Part shown: piece after piece, positions 60,863 to 64,000 of the stretch
How positions within the stretch are numbered: the stretch's first letter is position 1
Layout of the letters: every line of letters starts with the position of its first letter
Notes under the pieces: model-generated
Told to the model about the DNA's origin: nothing
The model's database searches: none
Seen by the model: only the letters and a program-made list of their open reading frames with translations
Assembly (NCBI GenBank): GCA_001643675.2
Contig: LSRY02000011.1
Location: 1,674,001 to 1,738,000, forward strand
Length of the DNA stretch: 64,000 nt
From: Monocercomonoides exilis PA203
Lineage: Eukaryota > Protista > Preaxostyla
Direction: 5' to 3'
Position numbers and translations under genes: made by a program

Positions 60863-63800
60863 CTAAGCTTCAACCGCTATTGAAGCCCCAATTGAAATAA
60901 TGCCATTAAACGTACCGTGTTTCGTAAGTGGGGCAACAAGATGAACTTTCTTCGACTGAAAAGATAACTCAGTGAAATGTTTAACAAGAGAGTAGCACAA
61001 TGCAAAGTGATAAGAAGACGGAGAAGGAAAGTTTAAAGACAAATTATCAGCAGATGAATTTAACAATTGAGAAGCAAATTGTATAAGGGAAGGCGTCCTG
61101 AAATAGAAGTACTGTTGAACTTGAGGCAATTCTAACGATGGAGATTGTGGAGAATACATCAGAAGTTTTGCTGAAGCAACAGTTGGACAAAGAATTGAAT
61201 TGGATGCAATTTTTTGCTTTGCCTTTTTGAGGAGAGGCAAATACGACGGTAATTCAAGTACAAACGAAATGTTTGTGTCTGACGGTGAAACGAAATGAGA
61301 GAACAAAGCTTTGAGTGAAGCAAGCTGAGATGCGAGTGATCCATCGGATGTTGTTGTGTTTTTGTTTAATCTGCCTTCATTTGATTGGCCAAATGTCAGA
61401 CCATTGGCACCTCCAGCTATGCAGATGCTGGCCTCTCCAATCAGATCGTCCTCGCCCATTCGTTCAACATCGCAGCAGAGTGCAAAGATGTTGAAAGAAG
61501 AGAGGAGCCTTTGCAACGCATGGCGAAATATCGACAGGAAAGAAGATAATGGAAGAGTCAGCAAGAGAAAATGAGGTGAATGTGAAAGCTCAAGAAAAGA
61601 AGAAGAAGAAGAAGAAGAAGAAGAAGAAGAAGAAGAAGATTTTAATGAAGAATCAGAGCTTGAAAGCTCCAAGCGAGTGAGAGGGGACAAAGCGTATGAA
61701 ATGAGATCTGAATTGATAAACCACTCCAAATCAGAGAAAGTCACACTAAAATGGAGTGAAGGAGATGGATTAGCAGTTGATTCTGCAAGCAAAGAGGATG
61801 ATGCAAAAGTTGAACCATCCTTCCCAGTTAACAACTGTTGTTTGCCTGAATCGACTGATGAAAAAGAAAAGTTTGTTTTTGAAGAAAGATTTTCATTCTT
61901 GGTTTGTGGAATTGAAACAGCAAAAGACAACTTCCGTTCGGTTGTTGTGAAATCTTCTTTCATCCAAATTGGATTTGTTGACTTTTTGCTTTGTCCAACA
62001 ATCACATTCGACACTGGAACTTCAGTTTTGATGATTTTGTTATTATTTGCAGTGCCATTATCTACTTTCTCATCTGTCCATGCACGTTCCAAACTAAGTT
62101 TGGAGTTAATGTTCTTGACAACGCCAGCAACGTCAAATTGTGTCGTGCCCAGAAGAAGATACGGCTCAATCTTTTTGTCTGACTGCTGCCAGTCACTGAG
62201 CACATCGTCAGCATCAGCATCGCTTACACCCTGAAGCAGTCGATCGCGTATGCTGCTCATTTCAGCACTCCACTCAGGCGAGTCAGCTGGGTTGGTGCAC
62301 AAGCCGTGGCAGCTGGCAAAAGAAAACGAAACTGAAATGTCTGCCAAAACAGGAAATGAGGCCAACTGTTGAGTCTCTGACGTGTTTGATCCAAGTGATG
62401 CCTGTTGGAACAGCGTGGAGATATCCAACGAAGGAGGATTAAGACCCAACTCGAAGATGGAACAAACTGGTGTGTGGTCTGAGCAAGTGCATGTCGCATG
62501 AGGTGCAGTGTGCGGTACAACAAGCTTCAGAGAAGACGATGGAAGACAGTTCGGCATGTCTGTAATTGTGATGTTCTTTGATTTTTCTTCTTCTTTATTC
62601 GTTTTCAAAGAAGTATCCAATATATCATTCGAAGATATTGATTCTATTCTATTTGAACAACAAATTGAATGCTTTTGACATCCAAGACGTGACATCCAGA
62701 CAATCCTGTCTGTGTACGATGGAGTCTGCTCTTTCTTGTTTGAATACACAAGTCCTGTCATAGCTGGATCACGATAATTTAATATCTCATTCGATCCAAC
62801 ATTCTCCTTCACACAAAGTGCATTTGTTCTGCCAGCAACCATCCGATATGTTGGCAGATGGTTCAGTCGTCTTGGCTCGTTAAAGGCAAACAGAAGATGG
62901 TGAAACGAGCGCTGTTTCCGCAGCTGGTCGCACCCAAGAAGCCAGCTCGATGCGGAAGCAACTGATCGCTGAAAAGAAGCTGGAGAATTTGAAATTTCAC
63001 TCTCTGATTTCTCCTCAACATATTCTGAATGAGCCTTTTTCTCTTCTGCCTTGCTGCTTTTGTTCTTCTTTTCTCCAAACTGTTGGGAAATAGCACCTGC
63101 TTGGCGATGCAAGCAGTCGAGAACAACTTGAAAAGGTCTGTCCAGTCTGTAGTTCATGTCGCCCACAAACAGAACATTCGAAGCCAGACAAGATATTCCG
63201 CATTTAGAAAGAATATGATGAATGTCTCTCATCCAATCTTTCAGCTGCGCATTCGGCTCGAGTGCAATTTTGGCTGAAGAAGATGTATATGAAGATGGCA
63301 AAGAAAGCATCGAAGAGGAGGAAGAAGGCAAAGCACTCGGATTGCTTGAATCTGCACTCCATTCATCTGAAGATGCACTCGAAAAAGTGCTGAGTGAAAT
63401 GGATGTGATTTCTTTTCCGTCGATTGAAAGTGTCAAAGGAATCTTTGTTTGAACGGGTGTTGATAGCATCGAGGTTGTTGGTGGCGATACAGCTCTTCTG
63501 TTATATGATGGAGGAGATGACTGAGGAGAAAAAGATGTTTTGAAGAGACCTTCAGAAGAGGAGGAAGAAGAAGCAGAAGCAGAAGAAGAGGCAAGCGATG
63601 AAAGCAAGTCAGCAACTGGAGAGAAAGCAAAAGCAGCCATTGTTGAATTCTCGCTTGCAGATGTTGAGAATGGAAAAGTCTTGTACAGTGACATCAGCGA
63701 CAGTGTGTTCAGCTTTGATGGGGTTGATGCTGCTGCTGGTGTTGCAATGTGCATCGGATCGAAAGAGAGAGCATTGGACGAAGACAAAGAGCCAGACAAT

Positions 63801-64000
63801 CCAGACAGAACAGATGCGATGTTGTCGTTTCTCTCCCATCCTCTCCAAGCAAATGCATTCAAATGTGCATTTATGAAGCAGATTGTGGTTGTGCCGCCTT
63901 CGATGGCGTTCTGTGGTGTGCTGTCATACAATTCAGTTGGAGAAGCTTGTGATTGCGAAGATGATTGACTTATAATATTTCGACTGAAGCGATGAGATTT
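60863..64000 (-). CDS. Inositol polyphosphate 5-phosphatase with C-terminal C2-like region, 5'-partial
   Basis: ICFINAHLNA, FVGDMNYRL, DQLR, PTYR, PSYTDRIVW and SDHTPV are the 5-phosphatase signature motifs. The frame is open to the window end. Confidence 0.92.
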   Translation of the reverse strand, partial: KSHRFSRNIISQSSSQSQASPTELYDSTPQNAIEGGTTTICFINAHLNAFAWRGWERNDNIASVLSGLSGSLSSSNALSFDPMHIATPAAASTPSKLNTLSLMSLYKTFPFSTSASENSTMAAFAFSPVADLLSSLASSSASASSSSSSEGLFKTSFSPQSSPPSYNRRAVSPPTTSMLSTPVQTKIPLTLSIDGKEITSISLSTFSSASSDEWSADSSNPSALPSSSSSMLSLPSSYTSSSAKIALEPNAQLKDWMRDIHHILSKCGISCLASNVLFVGDMNYRLDRPFQVVLDCLHRQAGAISQQFGEKKNKSSKAEEKKAHSEYVEEKSESEISNSPASFQRSVASASSWLLGCDQLRKQRSFHHLLFAFNEPRRLNHLPTYRMVAGRTNALCVKENVGSNEILNYRDPAMTGLVYSNKKEQTPSYTDRIVWMSRLGCQKHSICCSNRIESISSNDILDTSLKTNKEEEKSKNITITDMPNCLPSSSLKLVVPHTAPHATCTCSDHTPVCSIFELGLNPPSLDISTLFQQASLGSNTSETQQLASFPVLADISVSFSFASCHGLCTNPADSPEWSAEMSSIRDRLLQGVSDADADDVLSDWQQSDKKIEPYLLLGTTQFDVAGVVKNINSKLSLERAWTDEKVDNGTANNNKIIKTEVPVSNVIVGQSKKSTNPIWMKEDFTTTERKLSFAVSIPQTKNENLSSKTNFSFSSVDSGKQQLLTGKDGSTFASSSLLAESTANPSPSLHFSVTFSDLEWFINSDLISYALSPLTRLELSSSDSSLKSSSSSSSSSSSSSSFLELSHSPHFLLLTLPLSSFLSIFRHALQRLLSSFNIFALCCDVERMGEDDLIGEASICIAGGANGLTFGQSNEGRLNKNTTTSDGSLASQLASLKALFSHFVSPSDTNISFVLELPSYLPLLKKAKQKIASNSILCPTVASAKLLMYSPQSPSLELPQVQQYFYFRTPSLIQFASQLLNSSADNLSLNFPSPSSYHFALCYSLVKHFTELSFQSKKVHLVAPLTKHGTFNGIISIGASIAVEA
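61598..61639. repeat. (AGA)14 microsatellite encoding poly-Ser on the minus strand
   Basis: Perfect trinucleotide run inside the 5-phosphatase CDS. Confidence 0.85.

Noticed and set aside
1-64000. Prokaryotic operon, CRISPR array or defence island
   Set aside because: Spliceosomal introns and eukaryote-specific genes occur throughout; no repeat-spacer array was seen.
1-64000. Non-standard genetic code (TAA/TAG read as Gln, as in some oxymonads)
   Set aside because: Very long ORFs translate under the standard code, and conserved genes end at TAA, TAG or TGA where expected (DPD, BLOC1S1, CorA, calcineurin-B-like).

Overview
Eukaryotic genomic DNA, not prokaryotic: AT-rich, standard genetic code, many short GT-AG introns. 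The gene families and Ser-rich protein style strongly resemble the amitochondriate oxymonad Monocercomonoides (inference, not verified). From hand-spliced models, 1-31.5 kb is a compact housekeeping block: Sfi1-repeat protein, USP12/46-like deubiquitinase, calcineurin-B/CHP-like protein, UGGT-like protein, SNM1/Pso2 nuclease, BRICK1, flavodoxin, a low-complexity protein, BLOC1S1, dihydropyrimidine dehydrogenase and a SMI1/KNR4 (SUKH) protein. The 31.6-57.2 kb segment looks accessory: a decayed pogo/Fot1-type transposase, lineage-specific families, a PB1 + Cys/His/Met-rich protein, and a 12.4 kb intronless beta-helix-repeat/TM/pseudokinase receptor. A CorA Mg2+ transporter and an inositol 5-phosphatase close the window. 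Several real genes are missing or split in the ORF track because of introns. Most notable: three probable pseudoenzymes (UGGT lacking DxD, USP with a rearranged His box, receptor kinase remnant); a DPD with His in place of the Gln Fe-S ligand; intron-rich prokaryote-type genes; a strong U at +4 of 5' splice sites; and 36/54-nt head-to-head gene spacings. No CRISPR, rRNA or tRNA was recognised.
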